64,000 nt of DNA from Candidatus Woesearchaeota archaeon (lineage in GTDB: Archaea; Nanobdellota; Nanobdellia; Woesearchaeales; JABGXB01): assembly GCA_018675975.1 (NCBI GenBank), contig JABGXB010000002.1, positions 318,098-382,097 on the forward strand, written 5' to 3'. The notes under the pieces were generated by a model. That model was not told the origin of the DNA, made no database searches, and saw nothing but the letters and a program-made list of their open reading frames with translations. This document shows positions 21,047 through 31,252 of the stretch, piece by piece (within the stretch, counting starts at the first letter, position 1; each line of letters begins with the position of its first letter). Made by a program: the position numbers and the translations under genes.

Positions 21047-22108
21047 ATGATTAGCTTTATTAGAATGATTGACAAATATATTGGAAATTTAATATTGTTT
21101 TTATTACCACAAAATAAAAAATTAAATAATGGTAAAAATATTTTAATAATTCGTTTATGGACATTAGGTGAAAGTTTGCTAACTCTACCAATGATTAAAA
21201 AATTAAAAGAAGAAGGTTATAATATTAATATTTTAGTAACTGACAGATCTAAGTCGGTTTTTGAAAATGTCAATTTTATTGATGATATTATTAATTTAAA
21301 AAATATATTTAGTATAATAAAAAATTTAAATAAATATGATATTGCAATAGATACAGAACCCTATTTAAAAATATCAAGTATAATTTCTTGGTGGCTTTCT
21401 AAATTTAGTATCGGTTGGGATAATAGAAAATATTCAATTAATTTGAAATATAATGATAAAATACATACAGTTAATAATTTTTGCAGATTAATTGAACCCT
21501 TAAATATTAAATATGAACCTAAAGAATTAATTCCATTAAATTACAAAAATGAAAATAAAATAAAAGTTAATGATTTAATTAAGGATATTAAAAATCAAAA
21601 TAAAAAAATAATTGGAATTCATGCAGGAATGGCCGAAAGTTCACCATGGAGAAGTTGGAAAAACTTCCCAGAATTAATTAATAATTTAAATGAAAAATAT
21701 AATATAATATTAACTGGATCAAATGAAGAAAAGAAAATTAATAAATCAATTATTTTAACATTAAACAATATAAATAATATTTCTGATTTTTCTGGAAATA
21801 CAAATTTACTTGATTTATCTTATTTATTAACACAAATTGACTTATTCATTTCAAACGATACTGGACCAATGCACCTGAGTGCAGCAATGAAATGCAAAAC
21901 AATTGGGTTATTTGGGCCAAATTTACCAGAAAGGTTTGGACTATATGGAGAAAATAATATTTCAATATATGAAGGTAAAAAATTAGGTTGTAGTCCATGT
22001 ATTAATGTTCATAAAGGAAGTTTTCCAAATTGTCCAATTAATGGAAAATGTATGGATTTAATTAAAGTAAATGATGTTTTAAAAAAAATTGAAGAGGCAT
22101 TAAGTTGA
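21047..22108 (+). CDS. GT9 heptosyltransferase-like protein
   Basis: 'ILIIRLWTLGE', 'FISNDTGPMHLSAA', 'IGLFGP', C-terminal 'CSPC...C....CM'. Confidence 0.9.
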   Translation: MISFIRMIDKYIGNLILFLLPQNKKLNNGKNILIIRLWTLGESLLTLPMIKKLKEEGYNINILVTDRSKSVFENVNFIDDIINLKNIFSIIKNLNKYDIAIDTEPYLKISSIISWWLSKFSIGWDNRKYSINLKYNDKIHTVNNFCRLIEPLNIKYEPKELIPLNYKNENKIKVNDLIKDIKNQNKKIIGIHAGMAESSPWRSWKNFPELINNLNEKYNIILTGSNEEKKINKSIILTLNNINNISDFSGNTNLLDLSYLLTQIDLFISNDTGPMHLSAAMKCKTIGLFGPNLPERFGLYGENNISIYEGKKLGCSPCINVHKGSFPNCPINGKCMDLIKVNDVLKKIEEALS

Positions 22109-23067
22109 AAATTTTATTATTTAAAATTGGTGCATTAGGAGATATTTTAATGACAACACCATTAATAAGACAATTAAGAAAAAAATATCCAGATGCACAA
22201 ATTGATTACTTATGTGGAAAAAGTTTTTCACAGATTATAATCAATAATAAAAATTTAAATAACAGTATAACCTTTGATGAAAATATAATATATAATAAAA
22301 AAATATTTAAATGCCTAAATTTAATTAAAAAAATTAAATTAAAAAAATATAATAAGATATATGTTTTAGACAAACATTGGATATTTAGTCTATTTTCATT
22401 TTTATCTAAAATAAAAGAAAGAATAGGTTTTTATAGAGATTTCCCATCAAAAATATTTTTAACAAAACATATCAAGTATAAAACAGTAAAACATGAAATT
22501 TATTATTATCTAAGTCTGTTAAACAAATATAATAAAACAGATACAAAATTAGATTTTTATATTTCAAACAACGATGAGAAAAAAATTAAAAAATATTTAA
22601 AAAATAAACAAATAAATAAATTTATTGTTTTCATAAATAGCGGTGGGGACAATCCAGGAGAAAAGAATAATATTAGAAAACTATCCAATCGGGAATTTTT
22701 AAATGAATTAGAAAAAATAAATTATAAAAATAATAATATTATACTCGTAGGAGGAAAAAATGACAAAAAGTATTATGATGAAATGTTAAAAAGAATAAAA
22801 AATAACCAACTTAAAAATAAAATTTTTAATGTTGCAGGAAAATTTAATCTCAGAGAAAGTACAGCCATAATGAAGTATGCAAAAAATATTAAAACTACAG
22901 ATTGTGGGGCAATGCATTTAGCAAGTACCGTTAATAAAAAATTATCATGTTATTTTAAACCAACAAATCCAAAAAGAAAAGCGCCCTTAATAAAAAATAT
23001 AAAAATAATTTGGAAAAATAAAAACAAATATAATGAAAAATATGATTTATATGGAAAAATCAATTAA
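22105..23067 (+). CDS. GT9 heptosyltransferase-like protein
   Basis: 'KILLFKIGALGDILMTTP', 'YPDAQID', 'DCGAMHLA', 'F.PTNP'. Confidence 0.88.
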   Translation: MKILLFKIGALGDILMTTPLIRQLRKKYPDAQIDYLCGKSFSQIIINNKNLNNSITFDENIIYNKKIFKCLNLIKKIKLKKYNKIYVLDKHWIFSLFSFLSKIKERIGFYRDFPSKIFLTKHIKYKTVKHEIYYYLSLLNKYNKTDTKLDFYISNNDEKKIKKYLKNKQINKFIVFINSGGDNPGEKNNIRKLSNREFLNELEKINYKNNNIILVGGKNDKKYYDEMLKRIKNNQLKNKIFNVAGKFNLRESTAIMKYAKNIKTTDCGAMHLASTVNKKLSCYFKPTNPKRKAPLIKNIKIIWKNKNKYNEKYDLYGKIN

Positions 23068-24127
23068 AAAAAATAAATATTTACTAGTGATGGAATACTT
23101 CTCACCACACATAATGGGAGGTGCTGAAATTAGTGGTCAAATTATGTATGACATTTTTAAAAAAACAAAACTAATTCACATTTTAACGCCAAATTATGAT
23201 AAATTTAAATTAAGTATAAAAAATAATATAATTAAATATCCAAGTTTCAGATATTTCTTATATAAAAACAAAACAAAAAGTACAAAATTAAGACAAAAAA
23301 ATAAAAAAATATTTTCAAAATTACAAAATGTATTTTTTATAATCTCAGCAATTGAAATGTCAATCTGGATTTTTTTTATAAAAATAATTTATAATAAAAA
23401 CATTATTCATGGAAATAATTTTGAATCGAACTTAGCAGTATTATTGTCACCAGTTAATTCCAAAAAATACATCCATTTAAGAGATACCATCTTTTTTGAT
23501 AAAAAAAGAAGTTTACTGAGAAAATTAATAAAAACTTTATTTAAATGGCAAAGTAATAAATATTTTTGTATAAGTGAATATATAAAAAAACAATATATAA
23601 AAATACTAAAAGACAAAAAAAACAAATACATTATTAGATATAACAACACAGATAAAACTCAAATATCAGATTTAAATAAATATGAATCAAGAAAAATATT
23701 AAAATTACCAGAAAATAAAAATATAATTTTATATGTTGGTAGTTTAACTGAAGAAAAAGGCATAGATTATGTATTTGAAAATCTAATTAACAAATTTCCA
23801 AGTTCTCTTTTTTTAATATGTGGGGATGGATACTTAAAAGAAAAACTCACAAAATATAAAAAGAAATATAATAACTTTATTTTGAAAGGAAATATTAAAA
23901 ATGAAAAATTAAAATATTATTATAAAGCATCAGACATAACTATTGTCCCAAGCAAATGGAATGAACCATATGGAAGAGTCAGTATTGAATCTCAAATTAA
24001 TCAAACTTATACTATTGTTTCCGATAAAGGTGGTCTTCCTGAAACTATAATTTCAAAAAAAACAGGGATTTGTACAAAATTACATAATTTTGAAAAAATA
24101 ATAAAACTTAAATTAAAAAAATTTTAA
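23033..24127 (+). CDS. GT4 glycosyltransferase
   Basis: 'GGAE', 'ILYVGSL..EKG', 'PSKWNEPYGRVSIE', 'SDKGGLPE'. Confidence 0.9.
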   Translation: MKNMIYMEKSIKKNKYLLVMEYFSPHIMGGAEISGQIMYDIFKKTKLIHILTPNYDKFKLSIKNNIIKYPSFRYFLYKNKTKSTKLRQKNKKIFSKLQNVFFIISAIEMSIWIFFIKIIYNKNIIHGNNFESNLAVLLSPVNSKKYIHLRDTIFFDKKRSLLRKLIKTLFKWQSNKYFCISEYIKKQYIKILKDKKNKYIIRYNNTDKTQISDLNKYESRKILKLPENKNIILYVGSLTEEKGIDYVFENLINKFPSSLFLICGDGYLKEKLTKYKKKYNNFILKGNIKNEKLKYYYKASDITIVPSKWNEPYGRVSIESQINQTYTIVSDKGGLPETIISKKTGICTKLHNFEKIIKLKLKKF

Positions 24128-25132
24128 ATAATGAAATACTTCATCTCGAAATAAATTTACTTGTCTTTCTTCTGAATAATATGATGCAATTTTCTTTGAT
24201 TTCTCAGATAGTTTTTTAATTTTATCCTCACTTAAACTATTTAACCAAATTATTATATTTGCAATATCTTCAATAGTATTTTTACTAGAAACAAGTTTTT
24301 TAGAAACTTTACATACCATAAAAGAATTGCCCACCCTTTCATTAGTAATAACAATCAACCCAGAAGCCATTGCCTCAATTATTGAATTAGATGCAGCATC
24401 AAATAAACCTGGTTGAATATAATATTTACATAAAGAAACATATTTTTTTGGATCTTGAAAACCCTTAATTTTTACAAAATCAAATTTATTAAGTTTAAAT
24501 TCTATATTCTTATTTAAAACTGGCCCAAGAATAAAAAAATTTAAATTTTTAGTTAATTTTTTATAAGCACTATAAATTGATTTTGCAGAGAGTAATGTTC
24601 CCTTACAATCATTTTTTTCTATACTACCTATTAATAAAAAATTAGAAGACTTGTAATTTGGATTTAAATTTAAGTATCTTTTATCTGATAAAAATTCATT
24701 AACTTCACATATTTTTGAATTAACATTTTTTTTTTTAATTATTCCGCTAATAAAAGGAGAACATGAAATAAATAAATCAACATTTTTATATGCCAGAGAA
24801 AAAATCATATTTTTTAAAATAGAGTGCATTTTTTCTTCATAAATATTATCATTCACTCTATGAATTATAACTATTTTTCTAAATGAAAATATTTTTTTAA
24901 AACAAACACATAAAAGTGAAAAAGAATTACAAACTAAATATACCTTATGTTTTGGAATTTTTATAGAATAATAAATAAGTTTTAAAAATTCAAATAAGAA
25001 TAAATTAGGTTTATCTAAGTTATAATATAAACCATAAAAAACATTAGTGACTGATTTTGCAAAAGAAAGAGATGTTTTATGAGCATATTTGAAAACATAA
25101 ACATAAGCAATATCGGCAGTCATATAGAACAA
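24113..25132 (-). CDS. GT-B (GT4-like) glycosyltransferase
   Basis: 'YIQPGLFDAASNSIIEAMASGLIVI' (variant Ex7E motif). Confidence 0.75.
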   Translation of the reverse strand: MFYMTADIAYVYVFKYAHKTSLSFAKSVTNVFYGLYYNLDKPNLFLFEFLKLIYYSIKIPKHKVYLVCNSFSLLCVCFKKIFSFRKIVIIHRVNDNIYEEKMHSILKNMIFSLAYKNVDLFISCSPFISGIIKKKNVNSKICEVNEFLSDKRYLNLNPNYKSSNFLLIGSIEKNDCKGTLLSAKSIYSAYKKLTKNLNFFILGPVLNKNIEFKLNKFDFVKIKGFQDPKKYVSLCKYYIQPGLFDAASNSIIEAMASGLIVITNERVGNSFMVCKVSKKLVSSKNTIEDIANIIIWLNSLSEDKIKKLSEKSKKIASYYSEERQVNLFRDEVFHYLKFF

Positions 25133-25176
25133 TTTATAATTAAATTTAAAAATATACCTATATTTTTAAAAATTAA

Positions 25177-26934
25177 ATGAAAGAAAAAAGCCAAATTACA
25201 ATTATTGCCCCACACCCAGATGATGAATGGATAGGCTGTGGATGTACAATTCTTAATAATATAAATAGTAAAAATATAAAAATAATTTATGTAACCAATA
25301 GACTCGAAAATAGAACTGTTTTGGCAAAAGAAAATTCAAAAGAATTTGGATATGAAATAATATTTTTAAAACACAATGAAAAAAATATAAATATAAATGA
25401 TTTAAAAAAACAATTAATAAAGGAAGTAGGAATTAATGACATAGTATATATTCCAACTATAGATACACACCCGGATCACCAACTTATAAATATCATATCC
25501 AGAGAAGTTTTAAAAAATAAAAAATACGAATATGCAATATATAATAATTCCAATAATATTTTTATTAAAATAAAAAATGCAATAAAACAAAAAATTACAG
25601 GAATAAATACAGCCAGTTTTTCAAAAGGAAAAAGTATAGTAATTAAAGGCGACATTAAAAAAAAAATACAAATTATAAAAAAATATGGTGAAATACCAAG
25701 AAATTATGACATTATTAGAGAATCCAAGAGTAAATTATTAATGGGGCCATATAACATAGTATTTTTAACTAAAGATTATAACATAAAAACAGTAGATGCA
25801 GGGTTTACAGCAATAATAGACTTATCAATTGAATTTAAAAAACTAGGACACAATCCAATATTAATAAGTAACAAAGGAGGATCATTTTGGGAACCTGCCG
25901 CTAATAAAAAACACGAAATATTTAAAGGCATAGACATTTACAGGCCGTATGGAATTACGTTTTTAAATGATGGAAATACTTTATTTAATCCAGGAATAAT
26001 TTTTAATAAATTTTTTTCTCACGGATTTGGATTAAACTATGTAAAAAATAAAAATAAAATAAAATTTGATTTTATTCATGGATCTAGTTCATCACCAATT
26101 TTATTTTTTAATGTTTTATTTTCAAAAATATTTAGTTGGAATTCAAAATTAGTACACACAATTAGATCGGAAAGTATATATAAAAATGCATATGATAAAA
26201 TATTCTGCAAAATAATAAATTTATCTGATTTAATTATTGTCAATTTAAATACTTTAAAATTAAAATTAATTAAAGGAGGAGTAGATTTTAGAAAAATAAA
26301 ACTAATTTTATCAGGGGTCAAAAGAGAAAACTTTTCAAAAAGAATTGTAAACCATACTTTGAAAAATAAATTGGGAATTAAAGAAAATGAAAAAGTAGTT
26401 TTATATTATGGAAAAGGTGGAAAAAACAAAGGAGTTGAATACTTAATTAACGCAACAAATTTAATATCAAAAAAAGAAAAAATTAAATTTGTTCTTATAC
26501 ACCCAGTTGTTTGGCTCCCACACATAATAAAAAAGGTTAATGAAAGTAAAAATAAGGATAAAATTATATTAAAAACTGGAAAAATAAAAGTATCCGAATT
26601 TTTATCTTTAGCTTCAGTCTTAGTTTTGCCATATTTAACATTAAAAGGGACAGAAGGAAACCCTTTATGTTTAATTGAAGGAATGATAAACAAAGTACCA
26701 ATAGTCACCACTAATCAACCAGAATTAAGAGAAATTGTTAAAAATGAATCTGAAGTTTTAATGGCTCAACCCGGAAATTCCAAATCTCTATTAGAAAATA
26801 TTAAAAAAATATTAAATAATAAAAAATTAGCAAAAAAATTAACACAAAATTGTGAAAAAATTATAAAAAAATTTTCCATAGAAAATATTGCAAACCAACA
26901 CATTTATGAATACCATATATTAAAAAATAAATAA
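25177..26934 (+). CDS. PIG-L-family de-N-acetylase fused to GT4 glycosyltransferase
   Basis: N-terminal 'IAPHPDDE' and 'HPDH'; C-terminal 'KGVEYLI.A', 'EGNPLCLIEGM..KVPIVTT'. Confidence 0.85.
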   Translation: MKEKSQITIIAPHPDDEWIGCGCTILNNINSKNIKIIYVTNRLENRTVLAKENSKEFGYEIIFLKHNEKNININDLKKQLIKEVGINDIVYIPTIDTHPDHQLINIISREVLKNKKYEYAIYNNSNNIFIKIKNAIKQKITGINTASFSKGKSIVIKGDIKKKIQIIKKYGEIPRNYDIIRESKSKLLMGPYNIVFLTKDYNIKTVDAGFTAIIDLSIEFKKLGHNPILISNKGGSFWEPAANKKHEIFKGIDIYRPYGITFLNDGNTLFNPGIIFNKFFSHGFGLNYVKNKNKIKFDFIHGSSSSPILFFNVLFSKIFSWNSKLVHTIRSESIYKNAYDKIFCKIINLSDLIIVNLNTLKLKLIKGGVDFRKIKLILSGVKRENFSKRIVNHTLKNKLGIKENEKVVLYYGKGGKNKGVEYLINATNLISKKEKIKFVLIHPVVWLPHIIKKVNESKNKDKIILKTGKIKVSEFLSLASVLVLPYLTLKGTEGNPLCLIEGMINKVPIVTTNQPELREIVKNESEVLMAQPGNSKSLLENIKKILNNKKLAKKLTQNCEKIIKKFSIENIANQHIYEYHILKNK

Positions 26935-26989
26935 CAAATATATAATTCAAATTGATAAAACATATAAACAAATAGTATAAAAATTACAA

Positions 26990-27784
26990 ATGAATAGAAC
27001 CTTATTAAAAATAATAAAAAAAATAGTACCAAAAAAATTTTATTTTTATCTTTTAGAAATATATTTTTTCCTAAGACATTTTAAATATCTAGGTAAAGGA
27101 TTTAAATGTTCTTTTTGTCAAAAATCATTTAAAACATTTTTAACATCTGGTATAGATGTCCCAGTTCTAAAATTAAAAAAAGTAATAGGTGGCGAATTAA
27201 ATAAAAATTGTTTATGCCCAAAATGTAATTCGTCCGACAGAGAAAGATTAATCCACGTATTCATAAAAAAAAATAAACACTTAGAAAAAATAAAAAATAA
27301 AAAAATTCTTCACATAGCACCAGAAAAGAATTTACTGAAATTTTTTAAACACCAAAATCCAAAAGAATATATTGACGCAGACTTAAATAAAATTAGGGCA
27401 ACACATGAAATGAATTTAACAAATATAATATTCAAAGATAATTATTTTGATATTATTATTTGCAATCATGTTTTAGAACACATTGAAAATGATGGGAAAG
27501 CAATTAAAGAATTATATAGGGTTTTAAAACCTAATGGGTGGGCAATTTTACAAGTACCAATTTCAGAAAACTTGAAAAATACATTTGAAAATAATAAAAT
27601 AAAAAGTAAAAAAGAAAGATTAAAATTTTTTGGTCAATCTGATCACGTAAGAATTTATGCAAAAGACTATAAAAAAAGATTAACCCAAAAAGGATTTAAA
27701 GTTAATTTAAAAAAATTATCAAAAAGAGAAATAAATAAATATAATTTAAATAAAAAAGAATATATTTATTTTTGTAAAAAATAA
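26990..27784 (+). CDS. Class I SAM-dependent methyltransferase (glycan-locus type with CxxC motifs)
   Basis: 'CSFC', 'CPKC.S..RER', 'LHIAPE', 'FDIIICNHVLEHI', 'RVLKPNG', 'FGQSDHVR'. Confidence 0.85.
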   Translation: MNRTLLKIIKKIVPKKFYFYLLEIYFFLRHFKYLGKGFKCSFCQKSFKTFLTSGIDVPVLKLKKVIGGELNKNCLCPKCNSSDRERLIHVFIKKNKHLEKIKNKKILHIAPEKNLLKFFKHQNPKEYIDADLNKIRATHEMNLTNIIFKDNYFDIIICNHVLEHIENDGKAIKELYRVLKPNGWAILQVPISENLKNTFENNKIKSKKERLKFFGQSDHVRIYAKDYKKRLTQKGFKVNLKKLSKREINKYNLNKKEYIYFCKK

Positions 27785-27857
27785 ACAAATTAAATAATTC
27801 TTGTATATAAAAATTTATAAATTAAAACTATTAATTAAATTCATTATTTAAAATAAA

Positions 27858-28703
27858 ATGAACAAAGAAACTTTAAAAAATAAAGTAAAAGAGCATTGGA
27901 ATAATAACCCCATGGATTATGATAATATTAAAAGTAAAAAATATAGTAAAGAATACTATGATGAAATAAATAAACAATTTCGAAATGTACATTTTTTTGC
28001 ACAAAAAAAAAAAAAAAAACTATTTTCAAAAATCATAAATTATAAAAACATTAAAAATAAAACAGTCCTAATAATTGGGTGTGGATGTGGAACCTTAACT
28101 ACAGAAATGGTGAAATCAGGAGCAAAAGTAACAGCAATAGACATTACACCAACTGCCATTAAAAATACTAAAAGACAATTAAAAGAAAATAAACTCAAAG
28201 CAATAGTTTTTGAAGCAGATGCAGAACAGTTACCATTTAAAAATGAAAGTTTTGATTTTGTTTGGTCATGGGGAGTCATACACCACACACCAAATACAAA
28301 AAAAGCAGCACAAGAAATATTAAGAGTTTTAAAAAAAGGATGTCACGCAAAAGTAATGATATATCATAAAAACTCAATATTTTATTATATATTAATAATG
28401 TTCATTAGGGGAATACTACAAGGAAAATTATTATTTCAAAAACCACAAGAACTTTTAAATAAATATACTGACCATAGTCACAAAGGTGGCACACCACTAG
28501 GAAAAACATATACAAGTAACCAAGCTAAAAAATTATTCTCAGGAAGTAAAAACATTAAAACACAAGTATATGGGCTCAGAAATGAATTATATTTTATACC
28601 ACACATAAGAAACATGTGTTACAAACTACCAGATCTAATACCTAAATTAATTCTTGAAAAATTAAGGCTTGGATGGTTCTTAGTTTTAAAAATTAAAAAA
28701 TAA
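27858..28703 (+). CDS. Class I SAM-dependent methyltransferase
   Basis: 'VLIIGCGCG', 'DAEQLPF..ESFDFVWSWGVIHH', 'EILRVLK.G'. Confidence 0.9.
   Translation: MNKETLKNKVKEHWNNNPMDYDNIKSKKYSKEYYDEINKQFRNVHFFAQKKKKKLFSKIINYKNIKNKTVLIIGCGCGTLTTEMVKSGAKVTAIDITPTAIKNTKRQLKENKLKAIVFEADAEQLPFKNESFDFVWSWGVIHHTPNTKKAAQEILRVLKKGCHAKVMIYHKNSIFYYILIMFIRGILQGKLLFQKPQELLNKYTDHSHKGGTPLGKTYTSNQAKKLFSGSKNIKTQVYGLRNELYFIPHIRNMCYKLPDLIPKLILEKLRLGWFLVLKIKK
28003..28019 (+). repeat. A17 homopolymer inside the methyltransferase CDS (QKKKKK)
   Basis: Direct count of 17 consecutive A; the longest homopolymer I noticed in the window. Confidence 0.9.
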
Positions 28704-30494
28704 TTAAGCCCAGTTTTTATACCAATTATTAAACATAAAAATTTTAAAAAATAAATCACTATAATCTTTTTTATTTAATTGATGTTCATCCCAACACGTT
28801 TTAATAATTTTCTTATCATAATAATTATAACCATTAAAATTAAATATTTCATTATAAAATATATCTTTTAAGTCATTTTTAATATATTCTGAAAGCGGAA
28901 ATACAAAACCTTGTTTTTTTCTATTAACAAATTTACTACCCATGAAACGAGACAATATTGATTTTAATATAATTTTACCTTTATTAAAATTTGAAAAATT
29001 ACTCAATGAAGTAGAATTTATATATTTTACAAAATTATGATCTAAAAAAGGAAACCTCCCCTCAATACTGTGCGCCATACAACACATATCTTCTTTATAT
29101 AATAAATCATTTGGTAAATATTCAGACTGATCAAACAAAATAGCATCATCAACAGAACCACTCTTAAAATATTTATTCAAATTATTTTTAAAGTCTTTTG
29201 AATTACAAATTACTCTCTTATCATAAAGATTAAAAAGTTTAGAATATATTTTGAAATAACTATCACTATCATATAATAAATAATTTAGTTTTGAAAAATA
29301 TTTAAAAGAATTAAATGGTCTAATAATTATTTTAATAAGATTTTTAAAAAATGACGGTAATTTTACTAAATACTTTAAAATATTAAAATGAAAATATCTC
29401 TTATACCCACAAAATAATTCGTCACCCCCTGCACCACTCAAAACTACAGTTACATGTTCACTTGCTAATTTAGAAACTAAATAATTTGGAATTATCGAAT
29501 TATCACCCAAAGGTTCATCAAACTGATTTATTATTTCTGGCAATAACTTAATAATATCTTTTGAAGTAAATTTTTTTTCATAATGCATAGTATTAAATTT
29601 TTTAGAAACTAATTTTGCATATTGAGATTCATCATAATTTGAATTATCAAAAGAAATAGTAAACGTTTTTAAGTTTTTAATTTTATTTTTCAATAAGCAA
29701 ACAAGAAGAGAACTATCAATACCACCAGATAATAAAACACCAACAGGCCTATCACTTATTGTCCTATACGCTATGCTTTTTTCTAAATGACTATGAATAT
29801 TGTTTTTCAAATTTACTTTATTATCCCTATTAATTATATTATCCCAATATTTTTTATATTCCATAACCTCTTTTGATTTTAAATTATAAATTAAATAATG
29901 ACTTGGCATTAATTTTCTAATATTCTCAAAAATTGAAAATTCTAATGGACAATATCCAAATAATAAATAATGTTTTAATGAATAATTATTAATTTTTTTA
30001 TTGATATTTTTAAATTCTAAAATAGCTTTCAATTCAGAAGCAAAAATAAATGTTTCACCATCTAGATAATAATATAATGGTTTAATCCCCATTCTATCTC
30101 TAGCAATAAATATTGTTTGCTTTTTTTTATCATAAATTGCAAAAGAAAATTGACCGTTAAAATAATCAAGACACTTTTCACCATAATATTTATAATAATA
30201 AAGTATGACTTCAGTATCAGTATTAGATTTAAACTTTATATTTCTTTTATTTAATTCATGTTTTAATTCAATAAAATTAAAAATTTCACCATTAAAGACG
30301 ATTGAATAATCATCCAACTCCATAGGTTGTTTACCACACTCACTTAAATCTTGTATTGATAATCTTTTATGTCCAAAAGTCAAATTAGTATAAAATTTAT
30401 AACCAGATTGATCAGGGCCCCTGTGATGAAGAGAATTTAACATTTTTACTATTAGTTTTTTATCGATCCAATTAAAACCAACTATGCCACACAT
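28704..30494 (-). CDS. asnB: AsnB-type glutamine-hydrolysing amidotransferase (glycan-locus copy)
   Basis: 'MCGIVG', 'HRGPD', 'HKRLSI.DL', 'NGEIFN', 'RDRMGIKPLYY', 'LSGGIDSS', 'SG.GGDELF.GY', 'R.PFLD'. Confidence 0.93.
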   Translation of the reverse strand: MCGIVGFNWIDKKLIVKMLNSLHHRGPDQSGYKFYTNLTFGHKRLSIQDLSECGKQPMELDDYSIVFNGEIFNFIELKHELNKRNIKFKSNTDTEVILYYYKYYGEKCLDYFNGQFSFAIYDKKKQTIFIARDRMGIKPLYYYLDGETFIFASELKAILEFKNINKKINNYSLKHYLLFGYCPLEFSIFENIRKLMPSHYLIYNLKSKEVMEYKKYWDNIINRDNKVNLKNNIHSHLEKSIAYRTISDRPVGVLLSGGIDSSLLVCLLKNKIKNLKTFTISFDNSNYDESQYAKLVSKKFNTMHYEKKFTSKDIIKLLPEIINQFDEPLGDNSIIPNYLVSKLASEHVTVVLSGAGGDELFCGYKRYFHFNILKYLVKLPSFFKNLIKIIIRPFNSFKYFSKLNYLLYDSDSYFKIYSKLFNLYDKRVICNSKDFKNNLNKYFKSGSVDDAILFDQSEYLPNDLLYKEDMCCMAHSIEGRFPFLDHNFVKYINSTSLSNFSNFNKGKIILKSILSRFMGSKFVNRKKQGFVFPLSEYIKNDLKDIFYNEIFNFNGYNYYDKKIIKTCWDEHQLNKKDYSDLFFKIFMFNNWYKNWA

Positions 30495-30619
30495 AATAAT
30501 AGTTCTGACAATATTTTAATAAATCTTTCTAATAAAAATTAAAATCAAAAGATTTATATAAATACATAATACCAAAAATAATATTTTCAAACTAAATTAA
30601 AATTAAATTATAAAATAAA

Positions 30620-31252
30620 ATGAAAGAATCTAAAAAATACAGAAGAGCATCAAAAAATTTACACAACACAATTATTAAATTGGCAGAAAAATATAAACCT
30701 AAAAGAATTATTGATTTAGGTAGTGGCTACGGAGGTGTACCATTGAAACTTGTAAAAGAAGGATTTCAAGTTACCTCTACAGACATAAATCCAAAAATTA
30801 ATAGAGCACAGAATATAAATTGTATAAAAGTAGATTTAAATAAAAAAATAAAAATAAAAAACAAATATGATATGGTAATATGCACAGAAGTTATTGAACA
30901 TTTGTATAATACAAAGAAATTATTAAATGATGCGCACAACATATTAAATAAAGAAGGATTATTTATATTTTCAACACCAAATAATCAAAATTGGTTTTCA
31001 AGGTTATTTTTTTTATTTACAGGAAAATTCCCATCATTTTTAGGAATTCCACATGGAAAAGACAGAGATTGGTTTGAACCACACATAACACCAATATTTA
31101 CTTGGCAAATAAATTTATTAATTAAAGATTTATTTAAGATTAAAGAAATTACCTTTAACAGAAGCGTAACACCAATAATACATATAAATTTACCAATTAA
31201 AAATTTATTTTTTGGACAAAATCTAATTATGGTTTTAAAAAAAATTAATTAG
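30620..31252 (+). CDS. Class I SAM-dependent methyltransferase
   Basis: 'IIDLGSGYG', 'YDMVICTEVIEHL', 'STPN'. Confidence 0.88.
   Translation: MKESKKYRRASKNLHNTIIKLAEKYKPKRIIDLGSGYGGVPLKLVKEGFQVTSTDINPKINRAQNINCIKVDLNKKIKIKNKYDMVICTEVIEHLYNTKKLLNDAHNILNKEGLFIFSTPNNQNWFSRLFFLFTGKFPSFLGIPHGKDRDWFEPHITPIFTWQINLLIKDLFKIKEITFNRSVTPIIHINLPIKNLFFGQNLIMVLKKIN

Noticed and set aside
28704..30494. AsnB as a lasso-peptide cyclase or housekeeping asparagine synthetase
   Set aside because: It retains the N-terminal Cys glutaminase domain, has no lasso B protein or precursor nearby, and sits among glycosyltransferases, so a glycan amidotransferase role is more likely.
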